Positions 63,259-64,000 of a stretch of DNA of 64,000 nt are shown one piece after another. The translations under genes were made by a program, and so were the position numbers. Position 1 is the stretch's first letter, and the number at the start of each line of letters is the position of its first letter. Origin of the DNA: Anthoceros angustus (lineage: Eukaryota; Plantae; Anthocerotophyta); NCBI GenBank assembly GCA_010909165.1, contig MU008157.1, positions 1-64,000 on the forward strand, read 5' to 3'. Under the pieces are notes generated by a model. It made no database searches, was not told where the DNA came from, and saw only the letters and a list, made by a program, of their open reading frames with translations.

Positions 63259-64000
63259 GACCGGGTTTCCTTTTCGGGGGATAGGGAGTTCCATCACCGT
63301 AGAGCTGTTGCTTAGATTGGTAAGGCGCCGTGGTAGGAGCTACAATTTTAGACACTAAAGAAGTGAGTGTGTTGGACCACCGGATGTATAAGAGACCCTT
63401 TGGGTGTCTCTCAAGGCGACGATTTGTGTGAACTTCCGTGTATCGAACCGTGGGGTTGATTGGAGCGTCAGATCAAACGGGTTCGGAGCGTCTTCGTCAC
63501 AAGAAGGCCGGAAGATCTCTGGATGGTCGAGAGCGGAGTGGCCAAGCTCCACGCCTGGGGAGTAGGAAGGTGGCGTGCCGAAAAAGAGGTAGGAATTGCG
63601 CGGAGGAAGGTGGGCGGGCGAATCGAAGCACCACCGGGTTTTCTTCCCGATCCTCTTTCCAACTGCGCCACTGTGTGTGTTCATTCCATGAGAGAGGGGT
63701 CGTGTGGCCCAAGGAGGTCTGTGGCCCAAGGGGGGGTCGTGTGGCCCGTGAGACGAGGGAGAGTTCATTGGGAAGGGAAAGGTTCCGGAGTAGATGAGTT
63801 GTGGGAGGGATTGTGAGAGTGTGTGAGGGAAAATCGGAAACGTGAGGGGCGTGTGGTGGAATCGCGAAATTCCGTAAGTGAGGCGTATAGGTGTCCTGAT
63901 AGCCCCTAGGTCCGTGTTAGAGAAGCCGGTGTGAATAGACTCCCGAAGGCGGCCTGTGGTGGGCCACGTGGCGAACCCAGCTGGCCGAGTCTACCACGGT

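Larger units (their letters stand above)
19085..64000. repeat. Tandem array of a ~4.6-4.7 kb unit (5 units; units 3 and 5 interrupted by element A)
   Basis: The anchor ACCATCGCGAGG(GG)CGCGGACAACAAAC occurs at ~19085, 23773, 28441, 46221 and 50807. Spacings are ~4690, 4670, 17780 (4680 plus a 13.1 kb element) and 4590. Confidence 0.92.
51373..64000 (+). mobile_element. Family A Athila-like element, copy A2 (3' LTR truncated by window end)
   Basis: Inserted after CCTCATTCTC (TTCTC at 51368-51372), the same site as A1. 5' LTR 51373-54891, PBS TGGCGCCGTTCGGGAA 54895-54910, PPT 60623-60638, 3' LTR from 60639. Confidence 0.92.

Noticed and set aside
1-64000. CRISPR arrays, operons or other prokaryotic systems
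   Set aside because: No repeat-spacer arrays are present; the content is plant-type LTR and LINE retroelements plus CAF1.
1-64000. Assigning a species or plant lineage
   Set aside because: The sequence supports a land plant but gives no diagnostic marker for a narrower assignment.

Overview
This is a eukaryotic, almost certainly land-plant, repeat-rich region: the retrotransposon primer-binding sites match plant tRNA-Asp and the CAF1 genes are plant-type. The consensus looks indel-rich, so most real genes appear as frameshifted fragments. (1) 1-2422 is the end of a Ty3/gypsy Athila-like LTR (family C) with its PBS and a gag fragment. (2) 2423-17820 is a full-length Athila-like element (family B, minus strand, TSD CACAC) nested there; its 5' LTR carries an inverted fragment plus an internal duplication. 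(3) 17826-19084 is unique-looking DNA with a clean ORF of unknown function. (4) 19085-64000 is a tandem array of a ~4.65 kb unit made of a decayed L1-type LINE RT fragment, an AT-rich island with an intronless divergent CAF1/POP2 deadenylase gene, and an unexplained segment. Units 3 and 5 carry the same Athila-like element (family A, TSD TTCTC) at the same base, giving a ~22.4 kb higher-order repeat. The most notable observation is that the very long LTRs of families A (~3.6 kb) and B (~4.1 kb) each contain a ~800-codon sense-strand gene. It is conserved between the two families at the amino-acid level and lies upstream of the putative TATA box (in U3), so each element carries it twice. All domain calls were made by eye from motifs; no searches were run.
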